From Heteronotia binoei (Eukaryota), in NCBI RefSeq assembly GCF_032191835.1, contig NC_083237.1, positions 39,990,001 through 40,054,000 of the forward strand: a DNA stretch of 64,000 nt. The letters are read 5' to 3'. Position numbers and translations under genes: made by a program. Positions 23,201-36,400 of this stretch are shown here, one piece after another. The notes under the pieces are model-generated. The model made no database searches and was not told the origin of the DNA. It saw only the letters and a program-made list of their open reading frames with translations. Position 1 is the first letter of the stretch, and the number at the start of each line of letters is the position of its first letter.

Positions 23201-24116
23201 CGTGTTGCATGCTGCTTGTTTTGAAGTGGGAGGCGCATGGACATGATGTGATCTGAGTGACCTGTTGGCAGGTTTTCAAGTTTGGAGGCAATGGAGTTCC
23301 TGACCATGAAGCCAACACCAGAAAGGCAGCTCTCAGCCTTTGACTTACCCGACCAGTAGAGGGTATAGCCAGCACCGTGTTCTTGAAGACTACCTTCCTC
23401 AGGGAAACGGACCTCACTGAGAGCTGCTATGTCAATATTCAACCTGAGAAGTTCGTGGGCAACTAGAGCAGAGCGTCGTTCAGGGTGACCACTGTCTACT
23501 GTGTCAAGCATGGTTCTGATGTTCGAACACGCAAGCTTTAGTGTTTGCACACTTTGTGAGGCAGGTGCATGCCTTTTCTTTGTTGTTATTTTTTGACCGC
23601 AAGGAAGGATACCCGTTGACCGCGGCTAGCCAACTGGGGTGGGGGAGACGAGCTTTGTTTAGGCCACCTTTTCTAGGCCCCTCTCCATGTGGAGCAAGCA
23701 GTGCTGTCCCTAGATAAGGCTCCTTGGTCGTTCAGGGTGCTGCCGAAAAATGCTTTCGTCTCCGTGTCAGCATCAGGTGACCAATACCCTGAACCGCCTA
23801 CATGCAGGATCGGGACTGCGGCTTCCAGTGGCATCTTCCACCTGCCGTTTCGCCCCTTGCCCATCGCTGCAGGACTTGGTGTGTTGTGGGTTGTGGATGT
23901 GGATATGCCCTTCAGGCCTGCGCAGAGGAATTTTTAGGTGAAGCACAGTGTGCGCGGTACTGGCTCCACCCTTTCACCTTGGGGTCATCTGCCGTGACCC
24001 AGTAAGTGGGGACGCCGGCAGCAAGTCCTCCAGGTGGTAGGTGTTACATTAACGAGCTCTATCTGCCCAGGTTTTATGTTAGAGTTTTCCTTCTCTTGGC
24101 TGGCGAGGTTGGTGAG
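20297..24116 (-). mobile_element. RTE-clade LINE (BovB-like), apparently full length, ORF broken
   Basis: APE (NIRTMLD, IAALSEVR, GDFNA, HWHLIDY), RT (PESQCGFR, GVKQGC, LFADD), C-terminal C2H2-like end; TSD-like cctttttg at 20286-20293 and 24117-24124. Confidence 0.92.
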
Positions 24117-24217
24117 CCTTTTTGTGATGCAGTGACCATAATTGTACACAGTTTTCCAAATGAGGCCGCACCATCGATTTATAGGATGCTGGTACCGCAT
24201 TTCAGTTTGGTGAAACT

Positions 24218-24498
24218 GGAGAGCCAGTTTGGTGTAGTGGTTAAGTGTGCAGACTCTTATCTGGGAGAACCAGGTTTGATTCCCCACTCCTCCACTTGCA
24301 CCTGCTAGCATGGCCTTGGGTCAGCCATAGCTCTGGCAGAGGTTGTCCTTGAAAGGGCAGCTGCTGTGAGAGCCTTCTCCAGCCCCACCCACCTCACAGG
24401 GTGTCTGTTGTGGGGGAGGAAGGTAAAGGAGATTGTGAGCCACTCTGAGACTCTTCGGAGTGGAGGGCGGGATATAAATCCAATATCATCTTCTTCTT
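24218..24498 (+). mobile_element. CORE-type SINE, same family as 18961-19285
   Basis: Near-identical to the copy at 19003-19285. Confidence 0.85.
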
Positions 24499-26605
24499 AT
24501 ACAGGAGCATCATGATACTGGCTGATTTATTTTCAATTCCCTTCCTAATAATTCCCAGCATGGTGTTGGCCTTTTTTATTGCAATCACACACTGTCTTGA
24601 CATTTTCAGTGAGTTATCTAGCATGACCCCAAGATCTCTCTCTTGGTCAGTCTCTGCCAGTTCACACCCCATCAACTTGTATTTGTAGCTGGGATTCTTG
24701 GCCCTAATGTGCATTACTTTACACATGGCCACAATGAACATCATCTGCCACATTGATGCCCACTCACCCAGCCTCAACAGATCCCTTTGGAGTGCCTCAC
24801 AATCCTCTCTGGTTCTCACCACCCTGAACAATTTAGTGTCATCTGCAAACTTGGCCACTTCACTGCTTACTCCCAAGTCCAGATCATTAATGAACAAGTT
24901 AAAGAGCATGGGACCCAGTACTGAGCCCTGCGGCACCCCACTGCTTACCTTCACTGTGATAAAAAAAAATACAATTTTTACATTAAAGTAATTAATGCCG
25001 GAAATAAAACATTCTTTGATGGCCCAGGTAGAGAATGTTCAATATTGACTGCCATTGTTTATGATCAATACTTAGGGATTTGCAATAGGAATGGGAACAA
25101 ACTGAAAAATGAACCATGAATTGGGCCAATTCATGGTTCCTTTTGAACTGGTTTGGTGGTTCATTTGGTTCATTTTTGCGGTTCATTTTTTCAGACAGCC
25201 TGGCACTGATTCAATCAATTCCTAAGGAATGCAGGGGGGTAGACTTCAGGAAGCCCTAGAAATACCCATAGCAGTTGACCATAGTTTGACTAGCAGCTCT
25301 GGGAGCCAATCATGGAGCTCCCATTCTGCTCTGTGGAAGCTGACACCCTGACTCAGCTACTTTCACTTTGCAGCAGCAATAGAGAAGAGTTAGTTGCTGT
25401 GAGAGCTGAAGCCAAGCTTTCCTGGGGGCTACTGGGGGCGGGGGGCTAAATTGCCGACATTCCAAACCCAAACTTTGCCATACTTGGAGGGTGGATGGAG
25501 GAGAATCTGCTGAAGATTCCTGGAAAAATTTCGTATCTCTAACTCACCAAACTACACCTCCTGAACCAAACAAACCATGAATCAGTTTGGACAATCAAAC
25601 AAACCATGAACCAACACAAAACACCATTTTTCCTGACTCGCCCATCTCTAATTTGCAACCTTTTTCGTGTTCACAAATCACAATTTTTGCAGTAAAATCA
25701 AGCATCAGCTATTTTCATTTTGACTAGAGAGTAACATATTTGCTATCCCTAAAACCATTTTATGAATCTTCTTTATTTGTCTGATGTTTTAACACCAGTA
25801 ATAAATATGTTCCTTTCCTTTAATCTTATTAAAATTCCTTGACTAAAAGTCTTGAGCAATCAAAAAACCATCTGTTAAGTAGCATTATCTGGACACAACA
25901 CTATAGACGTGGAAAAAAAATTGTAACATGAAGGGTAAGGCTATGGAATCTGCCAGCTAAAAGCAGCAAAACTAGTTTAGGGTGAGACAGATAAAAAAAA
26001 AACCCTAGCTACTGTGTGGGGGAAAAACCCTATTTCTAAGTCTAATATAAGAGGACACTCCATTAAAATAAAGTACCAATTTTTGCTTGAGAATAATCAC
26101 AAAGCTGGCCTGAATAAGGAAACTTTCTTAACCTTGTCTTCATAACAGGAGTGGCCTGTGCAATCAACATACGTAGTGAGAAAGTTTTAAAATAATTTGG
26201 GTTAGTTAGATAAAAAGCAAAGGAAGGCAGAGATTTTGGTGCAGGAATATAAAAAAATAAAGAACAAACCTTATGGGCATGAGACCATGTGCTCCAGTAA
26301 TCAAAGACAAATATTTATCTCAAAATTATTAAAAAAAATGGTGGGGGGAGAGTATCTCAAATGCTCACCACATAGTCCTACTACTATCATTGTGTTGACA
26401 GTTAATTCACGGATGAATCAAGATCGGCATAAAAAGAATTTGGGAAGAAATAGGATTTTTTTTTTTTTTTTTTGGCTTTTACTGCATTCCATTATGACTT
26501 CGCTACTAAAGCTGAAAACTCAAATATATAAATAGAATAGAAAATATTACAGGAGCCTAAAATTGGTCCATGCTGTAGATTTCATTCTACACCAGTTTGA
26601 TCTAA

Positions 26606-27574
26606 TTATTCTCCATCTCTAACAAACCACTTAGAAATCTCAAACTTATTTATAGACCTCCCTAAAGCTTTTTTTACTTCTTTATTTCTTAGAGTATAGA
26701 CAAGTGGATTAATCAGGGGGGTTAAGACTGTGTAGAAGACTGAGAAGATCTTGTCGAGTTCTCTCAGAGCTTCTTTTTTTGGTAGTGCATACACAAATAT
26801 CAATGACCCATAAAATATGGAAACTACAATGAGGTGGGAAGAACAAGTAGAAAAGGCTCTTTTTCTTCCATCTGAAGAAGGGATTCGTATGATGGCAGCA
26901 ATTATACAAATATAAGACAGCAGGGTCATGAGACAAGAAGGAACAGTATCTATGAAAGATACTGTGAGTATCATTAGTGTCACCACAGTTGTTTTACTGC
27001 ATGATAAATTAATCACTGGTGTTGAATCACAAAATAAATGATCAATTTCACGAGGGCCACAGAATTTCAGCTGTGACATCAAACTCATTATTATAGTCAT
27101 AATTGTTATCCCACAAAGCCAAGAAACAGCTGACAACAGAAGGCAGATTCTTCTGTTCATGAGAGTTGCATATTGGAGGGGCTTGCATATTGCCAAATAA
27201 CGATCATATGACATTGATGCCAGTAGGTAGCATTCAGCAATCACAAGTGTACCAAACCAGTAAAGCTGGATATAGCAGCCCTCAACAGAAATGGTTCTGT
27301 CCCCTGTCAGGAAACTTGTCAAAAGCCTGGGAAGAAGGGTTGAAGTGTAGAAGGTCTCCAAACAGGACAAATTTCCAAGGAAGAAGTACATGGGGATGTG
27401 AAGGTGATGATCTGTGATTACTAACACAATGATGATAATATTTCCAGCCACGGTCATACTGTAAATTATTAGGAAAACCAGGAAGAGAGGAATCTGAAGT
27501 GCAGGGGCATTCTCAAATCCCAGAAGAATAAATGTAGTTATTACTGTCTTGTTATCTGTCTCCATATGCTCCAT
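26606..27574 (-). CDS. Olfactory receptor, class II (OR2), 322 aa with a 7-aa read-through tail
   Basis: Same motifs as OR1; the paralogous TGA is TGG here, adding WFVRDGE. Confidence 0.95.
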   Translation of the reverse strand: MEHMETDNKTVITTFILLGFENAPALQIPLFLVFLIIYSMTVAGNIIIIVLVITDHHLHIPMYFFLGNLSCLETFYTSTLLPRLLTSFLTGDRTISVEGCYIQLYWFGTLVIAECYLLASMSYDRYLAICKPLQYATLMNRRICLLLSAVSWLCGITIMTIIMSLMSQLKFCGPREIDHLFCDSTPVINLSCSKTTVVTLMILTVSFIDTVPSCLMTLLSYICIIAAIIRIPSSDGRKRAFSTCSSHLIVVSIFYGSLIFVYALPKKEALRELDKIFSVFYTVLTPLINPLVYTLRNKEVKKALGRSINKFEISKWFVRDGE

Positions 27575-27831
27575 ATTTTGAATCACTGAAAATGAAATTA
27601 GAAAATCATAAGGCCTCCAAGACCCAAAGCCTAGACATTTTTTACCATTTCTTCCACAGTTAATGCTGAGACTTATAAAGTATTTTCATGTGTTTTATCT
27701 GGACATGTGGAAACCATCCCAAATTACTTTTTTTTCTGATACAAAATTAATTGTGCAGATATAACCTCATGTAGTAGACCAACCCATTGATACTTGATGA
27801 CATCATCAGGTCTCCAAGTAAAAGACTCAAA

Positions 27832-29198
27832 GGTCGTTTTCGCACTTAGCGTTTGCTCCCCTTATTCCGCGGCGCAATTATGTCCGGATCATTTTTCTCG
27901 TTTTCGCACTAGTGACTCTTTGCGGAGTCGCCTTCCCTGAAGCCCCGGCTCAAATCGTTTTCCCACTGGCATCAACTTGAGTTCGATGCCCTGTCAATCA
28001 TTTTTTTTTTAAGCGCAAGTCTGGTTGCGTAAGGACGTACTAACGTACTAACGTAACATCGAGCAGGCACAGCTATTCCCTCCCCTTCTTTTCGTGGACA
28101 AACCGCATCATGTGTGCTGCTGCTGCTTATGGATTGGCTGCAGCTGTAGAATCCTCCACAGCCCTTTATGTATTAACAGAAGCATTCACAGTGGAGAATC
28201 CTAGCACTAGATTCCCCCCCCCCCCAAAATTCTGAAGTTGCGAAATATCGCAATAACGAAGAGAGAGAAATCGAGGGGTTTGTGTGTGTGTGTGTGTGTG
28301 TGGCAGCTTCTTCCTTTCCCAGCCTTGCTCCCTCCCGGGTGGCGAAGCTGGGATTTCCTCCGCTCTCTTTCCCCTCCCCGGCTGGCGCTTGCAACGGGGA
28401 CCTGACTGATTCCTGCTGCCAGAGCTCCCCCCCCCACCCCATTCTCTCCTTCCCCTTCTGTGGCGCGTGTGAAGAGCGAGCTCGCGTCTATTTTCTAACC
28501 GAGCGGAATGTAGCCAGGGAGAAGAATGCAGGACTCCAACTTCCCATTTTATACATGGCGATTTTGTGCAGGTCCAGAAATCCTGGTGGCACAGCTGAGG
28601 GAGGCATTCCCTTTTTAAAACACACACACATGAACGCTTTGGCCCGCACCGGCACTAGATTCCCCCCCCCCCAACAATGGTCGTTTTCGCATTATCGAGA
28701 TAACGCAACAGCGAAATAACGCAACTAAAGTCAATAATAATAATAAAAAATTCTAACGAAACCAATTGAAGTGGCAATTGAGGCTATTCCAGGAGGGGTT
28801 TTTTTTTTCTATTTGTTAATTTCGAAATATCGCTATTACGCAAAACTGTGAAGTTTAAAAAAAATGGCCGTGCCGGCACTTTGGGGAAGCGCCGCAAAAG
28901 GCTGATGATTGGCCAAGGGGGTGGATGGGGTGGGAGGACGGAAAGGGAGAGGGTGACGCCCACAAAGCAGTCAATCCGGCGTGGATGGATTTCCCACAGC
29001 AAACTCCGAGGAGTGGATCTGGTGTGGATCCGGAGGTTTTCAAAAACTCCGGAAGGAGGTGGATCTAGATACTCCGGCGTGAAACCCCTGCAGCGCTGGA
29101 GCAAACCGCAGCGCCGGAGCAACAGGTGGGAAAACCAGGAAGAGATCCGGAGGTAAATGGGGTGCTACGCCGGAGTAAACGCTAGTGCGAAAACGGCC
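27832..29198. mobile_element. Non-autonomous PIF/Harbinger-like DNA transposon
   Basis: TIR ggtcgttttcgcact..agcgttt / aaacgctagtgcgaaaacggcc; 3-bp TSD aaa. Confidence 0.75.
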
Positions 29199-29441
29199 AA
29201 AGCCTAGAAATTATTACAGCCTCTCTCCCACAATTTATGTTGAGATTTATAAAATGTTCTTGTGTGTTTTATCTGAACATGAGGAAACCACACCAAAAAA
29301 CTTTTTTTTTGTTACAAATTTAAATATGAAGCTATTACTTCTAATGATAAGCTATCTCATTGTTTAATGACAACGCCAAATAATGATATTGTAATCCATT
29401 GTTATTTCTGGACCATAAAATGGCTAGCAGGTAACATTTAT

Positions 29442-30120
29442 TCCAATCCAATCCAATCACACCTTTATTGGCATAACGAAAAGAGATATACAGAGACTTG
29501 CCAACCAAACAACAATCAGATATGTCTGCTCAAAGCATAAAACGCTAAACTAAGATTAAGATCACAATAAAACCTGCTTAGAATAATTTTTAACAATTTC
29601 AGCCAAGAATTTGGCAACAGCTTTTGTGATATCGATTATGTTGTCATTTAATAGGAAACGGCAATCAATCCTATTTTCTTGAATGTAGGATGGTAAGGAA
29701 AGACTATCTAACAAAACCTTCCGGAGATTAGTATACAGTTGGCAGTTCAATAAAATATGCTGGATGGAATCCGGCGAGCTTGATCCGCATAGGCAATGTC
29801 TCTCACTAAAGGGGACTTGAAGAAATCTCCCATAGAGAACATTGGAGGGAAATGCATTCATCCTAGCCAGCATAAAAGCTCTCCGATGTTGCGGATTATC
29901 TAGTTCAGGTAAATATTTGGCCATTTTCCTGGCCGTCTGATCAAGTCCAAGTGAGGCAGGACAGCAGGCATAAAATTGGACAGGACACAGTTTATGATAT
30001 TCTAGATCTAAGATTCTCTGTTTGATAAATCTAAAATTATAAGATTCATCAGATAAAAATAGATTGTCAATTGCAATTCCCATGTGTTTGAGCTTTGACA
30101 TGATTCCATCTTGCCCAGCA
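29442..30120 (-). mobile_element. LINE 3' end (RTE-X-like, clade uncertain)
   Basis: FMLARMNAFPS..GRF..ERHCLC..HILLNC..Y C-terminal domain, AATAAA, (GATTG)n tail. Confidence 0.7.
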
Positions 30121-30330
30121 GGGAGGGACGGTGGCTCAGTGGTAGAGCATCTGCTTGGGAAGCAGAAGGTCCCAGGTTCAATCCCTGGCATCTCAAAAAA
30201 AGGGTCCAGGCAAATAGGTGTGAAAAACCTCAGCTTGAGACCCTGGAGAGCCGCTGCCAGTCTGAGAAGACAATACTGACTTTGATGGACCAAAGGTCTG
30301 ATTCAGTATAAGGCAGCTTCATATGTTCAT
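30121..30330 (+). mobile_element. tRNA-headed SINE
   Basis: A box tggctcagtgg, B box ggttcaatcc, non-tRNA body and LINE-like tail. Confidence 0.8.
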
Positions 30331-33313
30331 TATAAGGGTCTCTTTTTTAGGTAGTTGAGCAAGCTGGATTCAATGATGAGAATACTGAATAATCTGGGTG
30401 TGGAGAAAAATAATTTAATGTCTTTATTGAAGAGGTTAGTTTGACTCCATAAGTTACCAGAAGCAAATAAATAAATGGTAACTTGCTCAACTACCATTTA
30501 TTTCTGGTAACTTATGGAGCCAAACTAACTTCTTCAGTAAGGACATTAAATTATTTGTCTCCATGCCCAGATTATTCAGTATTTCCATAATTGAATCCAG
30601 CCATATATGTTTTCCCAGTAGCTTCTGAGACTCATGCAATCTTTAAATAAGACATGTGCTGTATCATTAAAATAATATTTATATAAAATACCTTTAATGT
30701 TAACTTTCACCTATCATCAATGAAGAATAACTGAGATGCAGGTCCATACAGCTGTTGCACATTTGTCTAGCTATCTTGAGAGATATCCTGAAGAAAAAAA
30801 TAAAATCTTGCCTCTTCACCAGTACAGTACACAAAAGAGACTTTATATAAGGGAACAACAGATCATCTACAGAGAGCAACCTCTTGATATCTTAAAGAAG
30901 ATTTTTCAGAACAATTAGCAAATCCCCTTCTAAAACGTATGATGCAATGCTCATTAAGGCTTCAAAATACTCCAGTCTTTTATTTGGAAGAAACCTTGTT
31001 TCATAAATGTATATGCTGCCTCTCCAGAGACCTGCTTGAGTGAATTCTTGCAAGTGTCTTGATCACAGGGAGATTCATATTTCTCTAATGACAGTTAACA
31101 AATAGTTCTTTCTTCTTTTTCATACCTAATGACAATTAGCAAATAGTCCTTCCTTCTTTTTTATATCTCTCTGATTTAAAAAAAACCTGTTCCCAAAATA
31201 GACATATAACAACACAAAAAATATAACAAAATGTAACAGTATGTTTATGATTATGTGAGTTTTGACCCTTAAAAGCCCATTGCCCTAAAATCTTGTTGGT
31301 TTCTTGAGTACTAATAGGCTCAAATCTTGCTCTTCTCATGAAGACCAATGCATTCACCCTCATGACAGTATGTTAATGAGCAAGAAGTTCCATTGTTCAA
31401 AGATTTATATAAGAACCATCTCTTGTTTAACATATGGACATAATATTAGTGTAATCAATCACACTTATCTGGGTTGTTGTTGTTCAGGAATTCTCTTTTC
31501 ACCTTTGCCTAAACTACATCTATTTAGTTATTTCATTTGTAGCCTGCCTTTCTTGCTGAGGCTGAAGGCAGATTTCAAGAAATAAAATGGTGCAATCAGA
31601 CAGCATAAGGCTGACTTCACTCTTGCTGCTGGCTCCTGGGGACTGCACAGAGGAGTTATCTAGATCCTTCTAGGAAGCTAGACTCTGTGACCTGAGTGGC
31701 CCAGGCTAGCTTGATCTATCAGATTTCAAAAGCTAAGCAGGGTCAGCCCTGGTAAGTACTTGAATGGTAGATCACCAAGGAAATCCATGGTCCAGATGCA
31801 AGCAACAGCAAACCATTTCTGTTCATCTCTTGACTTGGGGTCACCACAATACAGCTGCATCTTGATGGCATTTTCCACCACCACCGCTGCTGCTGCTGCC
31901 ATCACAGAGGAGCTAATTGTTATACATGACAATCACAACTGCTTTACAATGTTTTTCTTTTATTCCAGATATCATGGTATCTATGAATACAATCCCATAT
32001 GAATGCTTTTTAATATACCTATGGAACTTTCATATGAATACTTCTAGACCTTGAACTCAACAATCCTACCCCCTTAGGCATGCCATTCCCCAGGTCCCAG
32101 TGGGGGATTCCTGGGTTTTGCAGGCTACTCTCTGCTGCCAGCTAGCTGACCAGTGGAGGGAAGCCCCACACCAACAGCCACCAAATGCCTTTTCACCTCT
32201 GAAGGCTAGAAGAAGCTTGGGAACTGCTTGCTTTTTGGAATATGTGTTTGCCTTTAAATTTCTATAGGAGTCAGCCTGAATGGGGGTGGGGCCAGCCAGC
32301 AAAAACAACAGGGCTTTTCCAAGTGAGCTGTGAAGCTATGAGAAAATAAAATAAATCAGCACAATCCCTCAGTTTGTTTTACATTCCTTTCAGAAGTCAT
32401 TTGCACAATAAAATAGAGAGTAAAGAGCAAACTAGAACCTTGTGTTAGTCTGAAGAACTTGGTTGAATACAGCAGATGATTACATTCAACGATGTGAGTA
32501 ATTTTCCCAAATGAGATCAAAGAAGTTTGAGCTAGCAACCTGCTTATTTTGGCTGCTTTGCATGTGTGTGTGTGTTCACTTTTATTTAGTGGACATGCAG
32601 CTGCTGGAGAATGAAAAAATGAAGACTGTATTCAGGAGAACTGCACTACTTTATTTTTATGTATTAATTTATTTTAAGGAATGAGTAAATCTCCTGGCTC
32701 CACCCCCGAAGTTCCCAGATATTTTTTAAGTTAGACCTGGCAACCTTATACCCCATACTGTCTTGCAGGAGTTTATATTAGGGTTGTCCTCTAGTCTGAG
32801 CTTGCCCCTTCTTTGCTAAACACACATCATTGAGCCTGTCTATGTGTGTGTATTGTAGGTTAAACAACTGTCTTCTGGTTTTAAGAAGATAAACCTGTTT
32901 ACAATTCCAGACCCTACAACCACGTAAATTAGGCTAAACCAAAACTTTGTTTCATCACTGTGAAAGGAGTCAACATGTCTTGCTTCAATCCTTGGCATCC
33001 AATGCAATGCTAGGGTTGTAAGTAATGAGAAATACCTCTTCCAGAGACTCTGAGAAACCATTTCCAATCAGAGTAGACAATACTAGAGAGTCAGTTTGGT
33101 GTAGAGAGCTAGTTTGGTGCAGTGGTTAAGTGTGCAGATTCTTATCTGGGAAAACTGAGTTTGATTCCCCACTCCTCCACTTCCCCTGACACCCTAATGA
33201 AGGCGGAACTGGGCCTGCCCTCAATCAGAGCTCATGTTCATCTAGCTTTGCTTAAATTCTGGAATAAAGATAACAGCACAAACATATTTAGCAAACAATG
33301 TCATCAGTTAATG

Positions 33314-33420
33314 CAGGGGTGGGGAACCTGTTTTCTGCCAAGGGCCATATGGATATTTATAACATCATTTGTGGGCCATAAAAAATTATCAACTTAAAAA
33401 ACAGTGCTCTGCCAAGGGAG
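33314..33420 (+). mobile_element. hAT-like MITE that hosts Ngaro-3 (continues at about 38928-39000)
   Basis: Starts caggggtggggaacct; the halves rejoin as gccaagggag-aatg-attcaggcc. Confidence 0.55.
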
Positions 33421-36400
33421 AATGTCCGGCCCCTCCCAGCCAAGCCGGCTTGCCGGCGCTCAGGCTGGGGGCCGCCTTTGCCGCCCCGGAAGGAGGGAGG
33501 GGCAGCATCACCCCACATACGGGTGTTCGTTGCAGGCGCGGAGCCGGGGCTATATAAGCCCCGGCCCCCGCACCCTCCGCACGCAGTTCCTTTGGCTCTC
33601 TGGTGGAGAGCCGCGTGCTGGTCGGGCCGGTGTTCAGGCCTGCCGGGGAAAGGACTGTGTGGGCGCGTGTGGCTCCATAGCGCAAGCGGCGGCGAGATCG
33701 CGAGCAGCGGCTTTCCTGCGCCGGCGAGGCTGAGAAGACGCAATTCAAGTGGTTTGCACTTCGGGACAGCGAGCGGCCGGGAGGCTTGGGCGTAGCGCGC
33801 GCGCGGCTAGTGATATTTGGGCCCCGGGGGAAGCTACTGGGATCACCCTCGCAGGGGCGGGCAGAAGGCTGAGGACCCACGCGGCCGGCTGGTCGCGGGG
33901 GTGGGCGAGTTAAGGCTGCAGCTCATTGCCACCTGTGGGGCTTTTGTAGGGGCCTGAAACAGCGAAACGGGTACGTGGGATTTGTGGGAGGCGTGCTTTG
34001 GAGTGGCGACTTGGAGGGACCTTAGTTGGAGCAATAAGTCTCCCCCCCCTCCACCCCCCCCTCCTCCAGGCAGGCCGTCCTAGCCATCTTTAGGGCCCTA
34101 CCTTATCTGGGTAGCTGGTTGGGGATAGTGCTGAGGCTGGTTCTAGGCAGTCAGCCTCTCTCTTCCCCTGCACTTTTGGGCAAAGTGAGCTGGTGCTTCT
34201 TGGTTGACCCCCCCCCCCTCCTGCTTTTGCCCAGGCTACAGGGCTGGGACTGCGCGTTCTTAGGAGCGCTTCATTGGTGCACCCCATCCCCTCTCGGGTA
34301 GAAACATACACCCCAGGTTGGTGGGTGGTTCAGAAGGTTCCTCAGTGCCTGGTTTTATTATTCATTGCTGTCTGGTGACTTGTGCAGGATGGCTCCAAGC
34401 AAAGGCCAGGGCAAGTCGAAGGGTAAACAGCCCGCCCACCCCGTGGGCGTGGTCAGCAAGGTACTCCAGCTGAGGTGCCTGGCCAACGAGAGAGGGTGAG
34501 GCTCGCTATCATGAGCCAGTTGGATGCTTTAGAACAAGATAGAGTGTCTAGGGGCGCTCCCATTTGGGAGGGGCGTCGCCGTGCCTCCGTCCGGTCGGCG
34601 CGCCCGACTTTTGAGGCAGAAGTGCTTGCACGTCTATCTGCTTTGCAGGGTGGGCCACCTGAGCCTGATCCACCGGAGGTACCGGACCAGGAGGAAGATC
34701 CAGAGGAGGGCCCATCAGGTACGGCGTTCAGCAGTGGCGCAGCCGGAGGTAGCGGGCAGCAGCCCTCTGGTGGCGCTGACGTTTTTCCCGGTGATGGTGG
34801 TAAGCCCCCTCTTCTGCCAATTCAAGGGTGGCCATGGGGTCCCTTTCAACTTCCTCCCCCCCCGGCGGCCCCGAGTGGGGCGGCTTTGGGTATGGGGCAA
34901 CTGGGCGTGGTGGAGCAGCCGGGTCTTGGCCAGCCTTGGGCTTGGGGTTTTCATGTAACTAACCCACTCCCCTGCCCAGTCTTGTCCACTAGTGGCCAGT
35001 TGGCAGGTGCTGCGGCACCGCCCGCGGCCCCTTCAGCCCCGCCCGTATCGGGCATTTTGCCGTGGGGGGGTCAGCAGCTGGGGCATCAGAGTAGCGGGTG
35101 GTTTTACCCCCCCAACCCATATGCTAACATCCCCTTTCATATCCTCCCATACGGCGATACCTCTCTGCCGTTGGGAGATCATTTAACAGCGGCCACGCGC
35201 GAGAAAATCCTCCGTGGCGAGTACGTGGACGTTTTCGGTCTCCTGTTCAGAGAGCTCGAAAAGAAAAGTAAAGATGAGCTCGATGACAAGGAGAAGGAAA
35301 AGCTGAAACGTCGTAAGGTGGATAGGTCCTGAGCGAACTGGTTCCCTGGATTTTTGATTTACGCCGGAGTAATCGCGAGAGCGCAGCCGGCTCGGGCGGC
35401 GGCCCTTTTTCAGTATATAGATGTTGTTTATAGGGCGTATACGGACTTCGTGGGCGCAGCTTGGCTGCAGTACGACGAGGCTTTCCGTATGAGGGCCGCC
35501 GTCAATCCAGGGATGCCGTGGGATCAAATAAATCAGCAGCTGTGGCTACAGCTGATGTCCCCGGCAAAACCAAACGCCGGAGACAGGTCTGACAGTGGCC
35601 ATCTGGTGCAGGGGTTGCAGCAACAACAGTGCTCTACATGGGCCTGCGATACCTCGGGCCAGTCAGTCCAGTCCCGGCCGTTATGTTGGGAATTCGCATC
35701 TAAGGGTGCGTGCCCCAGGAAACCTTGTAAGTTCCGGCATGAGTGCCCGCTCTGCAGTGGGGCCCACGCACTTTCGGCCTGTAGCAGATCTACATCCAGA
35801 CCGGGCGGTAAGACCCCCGGGGGCAGCGGGGGCGGGCAGCAGCCACCTGGTAAAGGGGCCTACCCCCATCCGCCCGATGGCACTCCGCCATCTGGCACAT
35901 GAGCAGGTGGCGGTCTGCGGCCGGCCGAACTTATATGACCTCCAGCGGCATCTGGATCGAGGCGGCGTGGCGGTGCTGATGTTGTTAGATCTGTCGGCCG
36001 CGTTCGATACGGTCGACCATCAGCTACTGGCCCGCCGGCTCGCCGACACAGGGATAAGGGGGTTAGCTTTACAGTGGCTTTCCTCCTTCCTTGATGGACG
36101 GGGACAAAGGGTGGCAATTGGGGGGGAGCTGTCCCGGAGGCACCCCCTAGTGTGTGGGGTGCCACAAGGGGCAGTTCTCTCTCCGATGTTATTTAACATC
36201 TACATGCGCCCCCTTGCCCAGATTGCCCGGAGGTTTGGGCTTGGGTGCCATCAATATGCAGATGACACCCAGCTCTATCTATTAATGGACGGCCGACCTG
36301 ACTCCGTCCCAGAAAGCCTGGACCTAGCATTGCAAGCCGTGGCAGGTTGGCTCAGACTGAGCGGGCTGAAGTTGAATCCAACGAAGACAGAGGTCCTTTG

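Larger units (their letters stand above)
19750..24955 (-). mobile_element. 5'-truncated CR1 split into 24955-24499, ~24186-24117 and 20293-19750 by a SINE and an RTE insertion
   Basis: PQGSVLGP, KFADDTKL, ENKSASIMMLLYK | SMVRPHLENCVQLWSLH | [11 protein letters not shown] are collinear with the CR1 at 55167-55787. Confidence 0.85.

Noticed and set aside
30121-30195. tRNA gene
   Set aside because: A and B boxes are present, but the acceptor stem is not closed and the sequence continues into a SINE body and tail.
33357-34311. Many overlapping ORFs in GC-rich Ngaro leaders and repeats (also 3477-3992, 37747-38972, 43387-44122)
   Set aside because: Low stop-codon frequency in GC-rich DNA; no recognisable domains; not conserved among copies.
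34365-34391. Splice acceptor directly before the gag ATG (ag|gATG in copies 2 and 3)
   Set aside because: Not present in copy 4 and the pyrimidine tract is weak; too little support.
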